From positions 10,664,001-10,728,000 of the forward strand of contig NC_047068.1 of the NCBI RefSeq assembly GCF_902459465.1: a stretch of DNA of 64,000 nucleotides, written 5' to 3'. Under the pieces are notes generated by a model, which searched no databases, was not told the DNA's origin, and saw nothing but the letters and a program-made list of their open reading frames with translations. Positions 27,056 through 38,099 of this stretch are shown piece by piece. Source of the DNA: Asterias rubens (taxonomy: Eukaryota). Position numbers and translations under genes: made by a program. Each line of letters starts with the position of its first letter. The first letter of the stretch is position 1.

Positions 27056-27149
27056 GGTGTCGTTGATGTATTGTGCGAGGCATGTGAGCGTCTGAAATGG
27101 AAAACTCCGACCAAGATCCAGCGAGAAGCTCTCCCGCTCAGCTTTCAAG
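27056..27149 (+). CDS. DDX47: DDX47 exon 2 (GVVDVLCEACERLKWKTPTKIQREALPLSFQ, Q motif)
   Basis: Acceptor actAG, donor G|GTTTGT, 94 nt. Too short for the ORF track. Confidence 0.93.
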
Positions 27150-28141
27150 GTTTGTTTTAAAAAGGTTTTGTCCTAATTCTCTAATTTTATGTGGAAAACC
27201 TGTGCACATGTCTCGAGAAGGAACCATTATCGTGCATTTTCTGCAGAGTCTCATAAATCTAACCCTAAAGTTTTACCTAAGCATTAACGTCTGCGAGTGT
27301 GTAAAGAGATGGGAGGGTTAATAGCAGAGGTGATGAATACTAAACCAGGGAAAGGCCCTTGAACATTTTATTGATGTTTCAGGCATGCAACTCTTCCGCG
27401 TTTCCACGGAATTCCGCGTTTTTTCTTTTTTTTTTACGTGAAATTTTTTTTTAGCCTAATATATGCCTGGCAACAACAGTGTACAACTACAATCATGTAA
27501 AATAAGCCTAGTACATGCTAACAATGCACCTAAGAGCATAATAAACCTAAACATTTTCTAGGGTACCATTGTGGGTATCATGTCCCGTGGCGTTTCGGCT
27601 GCCTCGCTCTGCACTTGCGTTGTGCCTTTGAAAATTTTTTTTTTTTTTTTTTTCAATGGGTAGTTGCATGCCTGATGTTTATTCTGGGGATTGACAACAC
27701 TTGTGAAACAGGTTGTCAACCATCATGCCCTTGACTTTGGAGTGAGTATTGGGATAATCCTATGTTGAAATTGCCGCTAGCCGGGGACTACTGTACCAGA
27801 TTTACAGCCATGCTACCCCTTTTTTTTCCAGTTTGATAGCCTGGCGGGCTAGTAGAAAATTAATGAAAAAAATCAACATTGACAAACATTAATGAGCTGT
27901 GCTGATGCAATTGTAAAATGAATTAATTTTGGTGACCAATTTGTGCCATGATCCAAGACATACTGTCTTTGTGGGGCTACCAAAATCTCATCAGGGCTAC
28001 TACACAATTCAGGGTTACTAGCCCTGCCGACTACCGTGAAAATACACTTTGTTTTCACCCCTGCAAGGACTCCCTTGAAATGTACACTTCGCGGATTGAT
28101 TCTAGATGAAGAGATGAAATAATATTTTCTGAATTTTGCAG

Positions 28142-28330
28142 GACGGGATATCATTGGCTTAGCCGAGACAGGTTCAGGCAAGACTGGAGCGTTTGCGATT
28201 CCTATTTTACAGGCATTGCTGGACCGACCACAGAGACTCTTTGCTCTGGTATTAACACCAACAAGAGAGCTGGCCTACCAGATATCTGAGCAGTTTGAAG
28301 CGCTAGGGTCAAGTATAGGGGTCAATTGTG
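28142..28330 (+). CDS. DDX47: DDX47 exon 3 (motif I AETGSGKT, motif Ia PTRELA)
   Basis: ttttgcAG ... G|GTAAGT, 189 nt, phase 1 to 1. Confidence 0.96.
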
Positions 28331-28520
28331 GTAAGTGAAATTAAACCTCCTTAACATTAGTTAGATTACTTAGATTGCTACCAGGTTGACCTTGTTTTTT
28401 TTTTTATCAGAGCAGTTTAAAGCACAAATTAGTGTCAACCACTACGGTCAATTGACGTAAATGAAATTAAACCTGGTTAACGTAATAATATACAAGTTTG
28501 AAACCCTATTATATTTCCAG

Positions 28521-28592
28521 CTGTTGTTATTGGTGGGATTGATATGATGACGCAAGCACTACAATTAGCCAAGAAACCTCACATCGTAGTCG
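28521..28592 (+). CDS. DDX47: DDX47 exon 4 (VVIGGIDMMTQALQLAKKPHIVV)
   Basis: tttccAG ... G|GTATGT, 72 nt. Confidence 0.95.
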
Positions 28593-29095
28593 GTATGTAT
28601 ATTATGTTTTGGTTCTGAAAAAAACTGTTAAACCTTTTAGAGACCATAGCAGCCACAAACGACTTGACCTACTTCCATTCACATAAAGAGGTCAAAGTAA
28701 AGGGCATGTGTGGATATGAAATTTGCCAATGTTTCCTATGTTAACATAACATCCTAATTTCGAACACAAAAATAAGCTAAAATGAGCAGTATACAAGTTT
28801 CAAATTATACATGTGGCATTGTATATTGGCCAGTAACCTTGTTCTAATTAGCATGATTTTGTTGTGCTTAGCTACTTTTTGTGCTTAAGCAGCTCTATAA
28901 AACTGACCCCTGGTAGAAGGTTCTGTTAGTGTTTGCAATGATGTTATTTCCCCAGCTCTTTCTTGGCCCACTATGTCACTTCTCCCCAAATACTCTTTAA
29001 AGCCGAATGGGTTTTTATTAATCTACAGTTTTTCATTCTCACTTATGATTTATCCTTTCTTGCCAAAAACTGGTTGTCTTTAATGTCATTTATAG

Positions 29096-29166
29096 CCACA
29101 CCTGGACGACTTGTGGACCACTTGGAAAACACTAAAGGTTTCAGTCTCCGTGCTTTGAAATACCTG
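29096..29166 (+). CDS. DDX47: DDX47 exon 5 ([24 protein letters not shown])
   Basis: ttatAG ... CTG|GTGAGT, 71 nt. Confidence 0.95.
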
Positions 29167-29269
29167 GTGAGTTTGTCACAGATACAAGGAAAATATATAC
29201 TGTCTCACATGGCAGGCTGAGATAACGAATCCATTTTAGTGATAAATATTTTTTAAATAAATGATATGG

Positions 29270-29580
29270 GCAACCCACACGATAGCCCTGAGCCAACCAA
29301 CCACACGTCTCCTTTAAGGAGAACCAATCAGAGCGGTGATTGACTCTACACTGAAACCTCTGACCCCTATAAATAGGCCCACTTCTCTCTTATCTCTTCA
29401 GTCTCCTGATGATGACTAGAGCAAGCTAGTCGAAATGTTGAGACCAATTCAATAACTCACTCCGTGGTAGTGCAGTTAATAACTCCGCGGTAGTAGATTA
29501 TAGAAATTCTCTAAAGAACAAACTCTACCTGGCAAGTAGATACACACATGGTGTTACTGCAAACCAAATATATGTTGATA
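29270..29580 (+). mobile_element. Penelope-like pLTR fragment: CCAAT, TATA box, hammerhead motif
   Basis: CCAAT at 29324, TATAAATA at 29368, hammerhead at 29401-29444. Shares CTACCTGGCAAGTAGATACACACATGGTGTTAC with copies at about 38100-38410, 46670-46790 and 60124-60419. Confidence 0.7.
29401..29444 (+). ncRNA. Minimal type I hammerhead ribozyme motif
   Basis: GTCTC | CTGATGA | T | GACTAG agcaag CTAGTC | GAAA | TGTT | GAGAC. Stems I and II are perfect. Confidence 0.7.
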
Positions 29581-29614
29581 TTGCTTAACATCTTCATTTT
29601 GTTTGTATCTGAAG

Positions 29615-29734
29615 GTGATGGACGAGGCAGATCGAATACTGAACATGGATTTTGAAGCAGAGCTGGATAAAATCTTGAAAGTCATCCCCAAAGAGAGACA
29701 TACGTACCTTTACTCGGCCACTATGACTAAAAAG
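29615..29734 (+). CDS. DDX47: DDX47 exon 6 (VMDEAD...YSATMTKK)
   Basis: ctgaAG ... AAG|GTTAAC, 120 nt. Contains the DEAD and SAT motifs. Confidence 0.95.
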
Positions 29735-29868
29735 GTTAACTTCCCTTTTTTTATAAGATTCACCGCTAAAGATCAACTTAAAACAAAAATCAATATTATT
29801 GTTCTATTGTTATAGGAAGGTAAACAATAAATAATAGTAATAATAAACCACAAGGGAAACTGACTTAA

Positions 29869-30250
29869 AGGAACACGTTGCCTTGGATCGGTCGAGTTGG
29901 TCTTTGAAAAGCGTATGTAATCGTTTGTTATAGAATGCATGTGATTAGAAAGATATTTTAAAAGTAGAATATAATGATCCACACAAGTATCACTCGTAAT
30001 AGCGTGGTTTTCCTTTTACCTCGTCGACAAACACAGTCGGCCATTTATGGGAGTAAAAATTTTGACTCCCATAAATGGCAGACCGTGTTAGTTCGCAAAA
30101 TAAAAGGAAAACCACTCAATTTCGAGGCAAATGTGTGTGGATTACTGTATTCTACTTTTTAAACATCTTTCTAACCATATGCATTTCATAACAAACGGTT
30201 ACAAACGCTTTTCAAAGGCCAACTCGACCGATCCAAGGCAACGTGTTCCT
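29869..30250. mobile_element. TTAA-type (Kolobok-like) MITE with TIRs of about 100 bp
   Basis: ttaa-AGGAACACGTTGCCTTGGATCGGTCGAGTTGG ... CCAACTCGACCGATCCAAGGCAACGTGTTCCT-ttat. Confidence 0.85.
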
Positions 30251-30333
30251 TTATTGCAGCTTTTCTCGCCTTTCTTGTTCCATAAAAACTCAGTTTTATT
30301 CGCATTGTTAACTTCTGTCAAATGATTTCACAG

Positions 30334-30450
30334 GTTGCTAAATTACAAAGAGCATCGCTGAAGGAACCCGTCAAAGTAGAGGTATCCAGCAAATACGACA
30401 CGGTAGAAAAACTGCAACAGTTCTACGTCTTCATTCCGGCAAAATACAAA
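30334..30450 (+). CDS. DDX47: DDX47 exon 7 ([13 protein letters not shown]...IPAKYK)
   Basis: tcacAG ... AAA|GTAAGT, 117 nt. Confidence 0.95.
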
Positions 30451-30649
30451 GTAAGTTTCAGGAAATCATCTTGCCTTGATTCATTTATTTTTTACAAATT
30501 TACTTTATTAATCAAAGTGAACTTGAACAATCTCCTAGCCAAGAACCCAACGCAGAGAAGACACAAAAGGAAGTTTTAGTTTTAGATGTGGGAGACACAA
30601 AAGGAAGGTTTTGTTTTAGGGTGGGAGAAAAAAAACTCCTTAGAATTAA

Positions 30650-30778
30650 TCAAGGGAAACCCATGCAGTCAGTCAGGTAGAGACTGAAAACCCAATCAGC
30701 ATAGTGCTTCCCGCGGGATTCGAACCAAGGTCCTAGAGGTGAAAGGCAAGGAATAATACCACTACACCAACCCCACTA
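30650..30778 (-). mobile_element. tRNA-derived SINE
   Basis: A box TGGTGTAGTGG and B box GGTTCGAATCC on the minus strand, followed by a non-tRNA body. Confidence 0.75.
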
Positions 30779-30855
30779 CCCTTTATTAATAGCGGCTAGA
30801 TATTTTGTTATGAATTTCCTACTCTAACATTTGTCTTCTTGTTATATATTTGTAG

Positions 30856-31002
30856 GACTGTTATCTTGTGTACATCCTAAATGAGTTAGCTGGTAACAAC
30901 TTCATGGTATTCTGTAGTACGTGTAATAATACGCAGCGAGTGGCGGTGATGTTGCGCAACCTCGGTATGACGGCTATCCCTCTACACGGACAGATGTCGC
31001 AG
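30856..31002 (+). CDS. DDX47: DDX47 exon 8 ([13 protein letters not shown]...PLHGQMSQ)
   Basis: ttgtAG ... CAG|GTAAAA, 147 nt. Confidence 0.95.
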
Positions 31003-31169
31003 GTAAAAGGCGCCCTTATCCAGGGCTCGCATTTTTTTTTTTGGGGGGGGGGTAATTAATGGGACTGTAGGACTTGTAGCTCAGAATTTTTTTCTTGTCT
31101 AGATTTTGTTTCTTCATAAGACTAAAATAAAATGGAGAAAACAACTTTCTATGTTCTCTCTGTTCTGCA

Positions 31170-31340
31170 GTTTAGTCACCGTGGTTTGAGTTCGAATCCG
31201 GCTCAAGACACTTGTTTTGTCCTTCAGCAAGACGCTTCACTATAGATGCTTCTTTTCACCCGGTGTACATTTGGGTACCTGCGAGGGTAGAGGTTTATAA
31301 TGTGTTTGAAATAGCCTTCAGAGCGCCTGGAAAAGAAATC
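31170..31340 (+). mobile_element. SINE with Deu/Nin-like domain, 5'-truncated
   Basis: GAGTTCGAATCC B box, then TGTCCTTCAGCAAGACGCTT...CACCCGGTGTACATTTGGGTACC. Confidence 0.65.
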
Positions 31341-31430
31341 TCAAAGGGCACCAAGGCCAACACTAGAGCAACAGAACACTTTGCCTCCATGGCCTTTGTA
31401 AAATTCCAATGTTTGTCTTTTTATCAACAG

Positions 31431-31507
31431 TCCAAGAGATTGGGAACGCTGAACAAGTTTAAAGGAAAGAGTAGATCTATTTTGATTGCAACGGATGTAG
31501 CAAGCAG
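31431..31507 (+). CDS. DDX47: DDX47 exon 9 (SKRLGTLNKFKGKSRSILIATDVASR)
   Basis: caacAG ... AG|GTAAGC, 77 nt. Confidence 0.95.
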
Positions 31508-31547
31508 GTAAGCACTTTAAACATTAGAAAGATTACACAGTACACAC

Positions 31548-31915
31548 TTGTGTTGATTCAAGGCTCTCCATGGACTAGCCCCTACCTACATACAGAGCAT
31601 GCTTCAGCCCTGTAGTGTCAGGTCAAGTCTGAGGTCTTTGGGCACAGCATGCTCTATGTTCCTCTGACCCGTAAATCCAGCTATGGGGATAGGGCATTCA
31701 GTAACATCTCACCCCGCCTCTGGAACTCTCTGCCTCAACATCTCAAGAACACACATGACATCTCGCGACTCCAACATTCTCTCAAGACCCATCTCTTCAG
31801 ATTAGCCTATAAAGATATCGAGTGAAATTTTATTCTTGCTCTTGACCAGCGCCTTTGAATGTTATACAGACAAGGTGTAATTTAAAAAAGCTGTGTTATT
31901 GTTATTTGTTATTGT
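31548..31915 (+). mobile_element. L2-clade LINE 3' fragment
   Basis: Reads KALHGLAPTYI...GDRAFS...PRLWNSLP...LKTHLFRLAY*, followed by an AGCGCC/TTATT-type tail. Confidence 0.85.
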
Positions 31916-32041
31916 ATACATGTATTCCGTACATGGTTGTGCCAGCATACACAACCAATGCAGTTGGATGGTGTGATTAAAGTGTCGGTCAGTACTGTAG
32001 CAAATGGGTTTAATGTTGCCTTCTTGTTTTACTGTTTACAG

Positions 32042-32102
32042 AGGTCTAGACATTCCCCACGTTGATGTTGTCATCAATTTTGACATCCCTACACATTCTA
32101 AG
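32042..32102 (+). CDS. DDX47: DDX47 exon 10 (GLDIPHVDVVINFDIPTHSK)
   Basis: ttacAG ... AAG|GTAAGC, 61 nt. Confidence 0.95.
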
Positions 32103-32455
32103 GTAAGCCTAATAACTCTACCCAATGCACCAATATAACCCAAAACATGAAGGGGTTTGTCATATAGATTGGTTGCAATATGCGAAAATCGGCCATCTCT
32201 ACGAGCAATGCGTTATGCGTGAGAATGACGTGCGGCATGCACAGATTTCACAAAACTCATTGAATGATTGTTTAATGAACGACGCGACTTCGTTAAAAGT
32301 TTGGGTACTTGTCGTGCCTGCAAGACAAAATGCGATTTGTCCGCAAAGATGGCATCTACCGGGAACTACCTAGATAGAGAAAATCTTGTCAAATATTTTA
32401 TTTAATATGTTTTTTTTCCCCCAATCTTTTCAAAATTGTTTTTTTTCTTTGTCAG

Positions 32456-32526
32456 GACTACATCCACAGGGTCGGTAGAACAGCCAGAGCAGGCAGAGCT
32501 GGACGATCTATCACATTTGTAACTCA
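32456..32526 (+). CDS. DDX47: DDX47 exon 11 ([24 protein letters not shown], motif VI)
   Basis: tgtcAG ... CA|GTAAGT, 71 nt. Confidence 0.95.
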
Positions 32527-32634
32527 GTAAGTAGCAAATGAGAATCCAATGGTGTGTTGTGGCCGACAAATATTAGCACTGAACTCAAGCTCTGGGCCCA
32601 ATTTCATAGAGCTGATTATCAAATTATACAATAA

Positions 32635-33029
32635 AGGCACTGGACACTATTGGTAATTACTTGAAATAATTGTTAGCATAAAAACTTACTTGGTAACAAG
32701 CAATGGAGAGCTGTTGATAGTATAAAATATTGTGAGAAACGACTCCCTCTGAAGTAACATAGTTTTCAAGCAAGAACTGATTTTCCACTAAAATATTTGA
32801 ATTTGATTTTGAGACCTCAGTAAAATATTAGATTTTGAGGGTCCGAATTCAAATATCTAAAAGCACACAACTTCGTGTGACAAGTGTGTGTTTTTTGTCC
32901 CATTATTATCTCGCAACTTCGACGACCAATTTAGTTCAAATTATAACAGATTTGCTATTTTATGCATATGTTGAGATACACTAAGTGAGAAGACTGGTCT
33001 TTGACAATTACCAAAGGTGTCCAGTGTCT
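32635..33029 (+). mobile_element. TTAA-type MITE family A (AGGCACTGGACAC termini)
   Basis: TIRs present, with ATAA/TTAA flanks. Homologs at about 43340-43611 (-) and 44930-45260 (+). Confidence 0.85.
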
Positions 33030-33098
33030 TTAAGAAGCTCTGTTGTTCCCAGTTTGACTGAATTCATTGCTGTCTTGTTCCTGTCCCCTACCCCTTAG

Positions 33099-33228
33099 GT
33101 ACGATGTGGAGTTGTATCAACGCATTGAGCAGCTCATCGATAAGAAGCTCCCATTGTTTCCAACGGAGGAACAAGAAGTCATGTTACTAATGGAGAGAGT
33201 CATGGAAGCTCAGCGCATCGCCAAAATG
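33099..33228 (+). CDS. DDX47: DDX47 exon 12 (YDVELYQRIEQL...AQRIAKM)
   Basis: ccttAG ... ATG|GTGAGT, 130 nt. Confidence 0.95.
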
Positions 33229-33470
33229 GTGAGTTTCTGTCAGATAAGGTCTCCATACAGGAATGACACAACGTAAATGATTTGTAACAAGTTTACTGTA
33301 AGGCTATACACTTTGCAAAAATTTCAGCTTCTGTCAGATTTGTATAGGTCCCAATAATATGCACAATGAAAATGCTTTGTAATAAGGTTACCTTTTATGC
33401 TCTACACTTTACGAAAATTGTGAGTTTCTGTCAGATATAGGAAAGGCACAACGTAAATGCTTTGACATGA
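33229..33470 (+). repeat. Three degenerate units of about 95 bp, starting at the DDX47 exon-12 donor
   Basis: GTGAGTTTCTGTCAGATA at 33229 and 33420, with a decayed copy near 33323. Confidence 0.65.
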
Positions 33471-33853
33471 ATTGCCTAAATTTGTAGTGACGTCATGACG
33501 GCACCATGTTGTTTTTTTGCAATTTTGACAATTTATTAAAAAAAATTGAGAACAAAGCAACTGCAATACATTTTTTTGCAGTGACGTCATGATGACGGCA
33601 CTATGTTGTTTTTTGCATTGTTTTGAAATTTTGACAATTTATTAAATAAATTGAGAACAAAGCAACTGCAATACATTTTTTTGTTAATTTTAATTTCTCC
33701 CGGAAGCCGAACACTCCATTTTTAGTTTTTATTAAGAGAGTGGCTGAATCCAGCAATATCCTGATGTCAATTGGAGCATACTGTTGAAACACCCGAATGT
33801 TCTATAATTTTGCTGTTACCGCAAACCTCCATCTTATGTTTTCTTTTCTTCAG

Positions 33854-33976
33854 GAAATGAAAGATAATGACGACAAGAAGAAAGGGCGTGGTCGGGGCGG
33901 CGACGACGACACGGAGGATGCGATTGGAATACGCAAGAAGCTCAAGGTGTCTCACAGGGGCAAGGGTAGAAGATAA
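33854..33976 (+). CDS. DDX47: DDX47 exon 13 (EMKDND...DDDTEDAIGIRKKL...RR*)
   Basis: cttcAG, 123 nt to TAA. Basic tail with a DDTEDAIG motif like vertebrate DDX47. Confidence 0.92.
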   Translation, partial: EMKDNDDKKKGRGRGGDDDTEDAIGIRKKLKVSHRGKGRR

Positions 33977-35106
33977 AATCTTGAAGGGAACTCAGCCAAG
34001 CTGGCAACAGCCAATCTCTAGGCTCAAACAAACACTGGTTTAACATCTAGACTATGATTCAGTAACGTCTATGGTTGTGATTCAGTAACTAGACAACATT
34101 ATTTATTCTAGTCATTGTGAAGTCAGCAATAAGCTTGGGGATTCAAAACCACAACCTTGTGATTGCCTGCAATTTAACCACTTGACCACGGTCACTGAAA
34201 AAATACAACGCAACAGGAATGTAATGTGTTTTGCTTATCATTTAAATGTAATTTTGATATTTGTACACTTCTGAATTGATCATAGTTTAATATCGATAAA
34301 AAAATAGGCCCCAACCTCAAGGTTTTGAAATACTAGAAACACTTCTGTTTTTGATAGCGTGCTTCAAAATGACAATGCTTTTGACGTCATGTGTGAGTGT
34401 TTGCTTTGTTATAACATATACCTCCATGCTGCAACAAACCGGCTATACAAAACAGATCTCTTACACTTAATGTAATATGAGTGATGGCATAACAGGGCTT
34501 TTCGAAGCCCTTTCTGAAAAGCAACGGAGACTGATATTCAGAATGATCAGATTTGTGTACAATTAAAATCTGTTTAATCTCATGTGAACTCAAATTCCTT
34601 ATTGATTAAAACATTTGAAATGCATTTCAGCAAAGATTCATTCAAGAAGAAGTCTTAAAAATACCATGGTAAGTATTTGGGCTCTTTTCAAAAACGAAAC
34701 TGGGGAGGATTTTTCCAAAGTGGTCTAGAAGCTGTACATAGTGTATACAGAATGTATTAAAGGTAGAATTTTAGCAATGAACCGAGAGTATTTGGTGAAA
34801 AGACCTGCATTATCAACACTTTGTATAACTCAACATAAATAAATCAAAAACTTGTGAAAGTTTTAGCTCAATCAGTCATCAGAGTGTCGTGTGAGGAGAA
34901 AACAGCAAATAAAAAACATGTGTGGTTTCACTTTCAAATATTGGATTTCCCGAGATCAAAATTTGTTATTTTCATAATTTCTCAAAAACTGTACCTTTTC
35001 AGACAAAAATATGTTAAGGGAAGTTGTTCAACAATTACATTCATTATACCGTGTAAGTTATGTGTACATGTGTGAACAGTTGATTCTCAATCTCACAGGG
35101 CTTTTA

Positions 35107-35493
35107 AAGCTATTGGACACTTTTGGTAAACAGTATTGTCCAAAGTCCACACTTTATGTATCACAACGTATATATAAAATAACAAACCTGTGAAAATAAC
35201 AAACCTGTGAAAATTTAGGCTCAATTGGTCATCGGAGTCGAGAGAAAATAATGGGAAAACACACCCTTGTTTTTTCTGCACTTTTCGCCGTGTCATGACA
35301 TGTGTTTAAAATAAATCTGTAATTCTCGATATCGAGAATTTATATTGTTTTAATGTTTTCTCAAAAAGTAAAGCATTTCATGGAATAATATTTCAAGAGA
35401 AGTCTTTTGCCGTTACCTTCTGTAAACCCTGTAAGTTATTTGGTAATCTGTGAAACTTTAATTTTTGTTCTGTTCAGAAAGTGTCCAATGGCT
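35107..35493 (+). mobile_element. TTAA-type MITE family B
   Basis: TIR AGC(T/C)ATTGGACACTTT with TTAA on both sides. Homolog at 59023-59389. Confidence 0.85.
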
Positions 35494-35640
35494 TTAAAGT
35501 TTAGTCACACATCTTTTGATTTTGAGAACAAATGAATTTCAAACTTTGGGAGCCTACCGTATCTCCAACTGCCTTATTAGTTCATCTGGCTTTTTATGAA
35601 GATCTTTATTTTCTCCAACCTTATAGGATATTATTAGCAA

Positions 35641-35796
35641 AAGTTTCTGTATGGCGCCACCACTTTTTCATTAGATATGAAATAATATAGCATCTAATTT
35701 AGCTCAATGAGATATCCCTGTTTGTAAAAATGAGCTCAATGAGATATCCCTTTTTGTAAAAATGAGTAAAAAAGTGGTGGCGCCATACGGAAACTT
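35641..35796. mobile_element. Palindromic MITE with internal tandem duplication
   Basis: AAGTTTCTGTATGGCGCCACCACTTTTT / AAAAAGTGGTGGCGCCATACGGAAACTT. GCTCAATGAGATATCCCT occurs twice inside. Confidence 0.75.
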
Positions 35797-36206
35797 ATCC
35801 TATTATTGAGATAATTGTTTGAAATTGACAAAGATATCTTACAGAAGGTTTTCTTTGTGGGAACGTTGACCCAGATGGAATAAAGTAAATGCGTTGATGA
35901 CAAAAGTGTGTTTCTGTTTCTCTTATTTTGTTGAAGTGAAGTTACAAAAAAGTTGTCACAGATCCCCCGAAAGACCAGTTATTATTTGTTATCTTTTTTT
36001 CTTTAAAGTTAGATTCTAATTCCCAACATGTTATTATGTGGCTACATATCACAAAACAATTTGGGATGACTATAATTACTAAATCAATGACCACTGTAGG
36101 ATAAGTGCGCCGGGAAAACCGGTCCAAGAAGAGACTAGCGTGAGTCTCGGATTTTGCCCACTTTCTCTTGAGGGTTTTAACAATAGAGGGCGCTACACTA
36201 ATTGTT

Positions 36207-36238
36207 ATGGCGGCTGATTCAATGTCCGGAAGCAGACG
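36207..36238 (+). CDS. PALB2: Candidate PALB2 first exon (MAADSMSGSR), or 5' UTR exon
   Basis: ATGGCGGC in a CpG-rich TSS-like context, donor CG|GTAGGT. Splicing to the acceptor at 37433 is in frame with the ATG at 37438. Confidence 0.45.
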
Positions 36239-37437
36239 GTAGGTTTTGGTGTTTCTTTCTCACGATTTTGATACTTTGTAACAATTTAAAGTGTTTGTTA
36301 TGTAAATATTCTGTAAAGTCCTTTCAATGAAGATTCAAGATATATTGAAGAAGAAATAGTGGGCTGTCAGGTTGGCCACGGGTTGGCTCAGTCAGACAGT
36401 CACAGTGCCACTGCACTGCTGTATCACTATCAGCAGTGGTTGCCACTTATTTCTGCTATTTACTAACTAAGCCCCCTGCCTTTCGTCTTTCGAGCTCTGG
36501 CTCTGCTGTGTCTTATGGTCTTACCATGGTCTGCGATTGTGAATTGTGTGTGTGTGTGGGTGTGTCTGTGTGTGTTATGTATGGTAAGGACGTCTGTCTT
36601 CTGTGTACACCCGGTTCAATTTTCAGTCCCTGCCGTCCTTGCCCTCTCAGTCTCACCTCACCTCAGTCCAGACAACAGTTCTACTTTTTACTAGCTAGTA
36701 TTACTATTAGTATTAGTAAAGGTAAACTTGGTCCCTCTACTCTAGTATTAGAGTACTCTAACTTGTTCCGCTAGCATCTCCGCGCGTGGAGACGCTAGCG
36801 GAATGAACCTCATAGTTCTATCTAGGACTAGGATCAGGTCCCTCCATGGTCCCTCCCACCTAAGTATAAATGTACTAAAGTAGGACCTGGTTGTCCTTTA
36901 CTTCTAGCTACTCTAAAACTATCTATGATAATAATAGTTTATAGAAGACGAGAAGTAGTTTTCATTCATATCTTTGATTCATATCATCATTGATATACAA
37001 AAAATATGTTTTGTGTTGTTTCCATTGTATTGTAGAATGCGTTGCTGACTGTTATAAATTCATATTTTTGCAGGCTGGAATTTCCACTCAATTCCAGTGG
37101 AAGAAAGGCTTCACTGACAATCAGTGACATTGTTATTTTGTATTGTCATGACATGACTGAAATAAAATAGTAAAGGAATGGCTTACGTTACGGGCCAGTA
37201 CCCATTCCAAGCTTGTTTCCTGCATTTAATAAATCAATTTTAAACTATAGTTGTCAGAAGGAATGTAGAATGTGAAGCCAACTACGTAGACATGACCACG
37301 TCTTACTTAAAAGATATATTTTTTAGAATAATCCCAATCTGTTTCTTCTTTCTTTCCCCCTTTTAATTGTTTCCAGTTTGGTCAAATATTAGTGTTAATG
37401 CCTACAAAGCTACTCTGCCTAACCCCTATCTAGCATC

Positions 37438-37467
37438 ATGGCAGATAAATCAGCTGAAAAACAGGAG
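37438..37467 (+). CDS. PALB2: PALB2 exon (MADKSAEKQE)
   Basis: Acceptor ctatctAG at 37432-37433, catcATGG start, donor GAG|GTATGA. Resembles the end of human exon 1 (EEKEK). Confidence 0.7.
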
Positions 37468-38024
37468 GTATGATATTGACTAACTCCTAGAGCTATGAGG
37501 TTCGTTCTTCTTTCATGGAGACGATAGCAGAACAAACCTCATAGTTCTTGGAATAGATATTGACTATGAGGCAGAGAAATCTCTGTCAAGTTTCATTGTA
37601 CTCCTTTTTTGAAACGTTGTTGTCTCTGACGATTATACTGGTAGCTAGTTAGTGTAGCTGACTGTCAAATTTCAAAAGGGGAGCACAGCACACAGTTGGT
37701 GCCATCATATTTTACTTCACTCCATCAGGGGCAGTCCAACATCCTCAAAAGCATAATTCTTTCATTAAATTCAACTTATATCTAAATATACAATTGTCTT
37801 TTGCTACTAGTAAATACTAGCATAAATACAATCTCACAGTACTGTGAGATTGTGATTAAATGCTAGTAATATTGTTTCCTTGTTTAAATGCCCATGTACT
37901 TATACCATAGATTATTTATCTCCCAAAGTTAGTGAGGTGTGAACCATTGTCTTTTTTGCATACAGGAGTCATGCGATCTTTATACTGGGAGATTTATTTG
38001 TGCTTTTATTTGATTTTGTTTCAG

Positions 38025-38084
38025 CTTCGGAGGAAGCTAGCCAGTATGAAAAAGGACTATGAGAGGACTTTACGCAGTGTGGAG
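38025..38084 (+). CDS. PALB2: PALB2 coiled-coil exon (LRRKLASMKKDYERTLRSVE)
   Basis: 60 nt, phase 0 to 0. Aligns to human [20 protein letters not shown]. Confidence 0.9.
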
Positions 38085-38099
38085 GTTTGTCATTAAGAA

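Larger units (their letters stand above)
25546..33976 (+). other. DDX47: DDX47/RRP3 DEAD-box RNA helicase gene span, 13 coding exons, 1365 nt CDS (454 aa)
   Basis: All introns are GT-AG and all phases are consistent. Motifs: Q motif, [46 protein letters not shown]. Confidence 0.96.

Noticed and set aside
29525-29560. CTACCTGGCAAGTAGATAC..CATGG resembles the U1 snRNA 5' end (SINEU-like idea)
   Set aside because: The match is short, ACTTACCT is incomplete, and there is no further U1 stem-loop or Sm site. The motif is internal to the hammerhead repeat family.
30700-30778. tRNA gene (also 46555-46625)
   Set aside because: A/B boxes are present but the acceptor stem is incomplete and the sequence runs into a SINE body.
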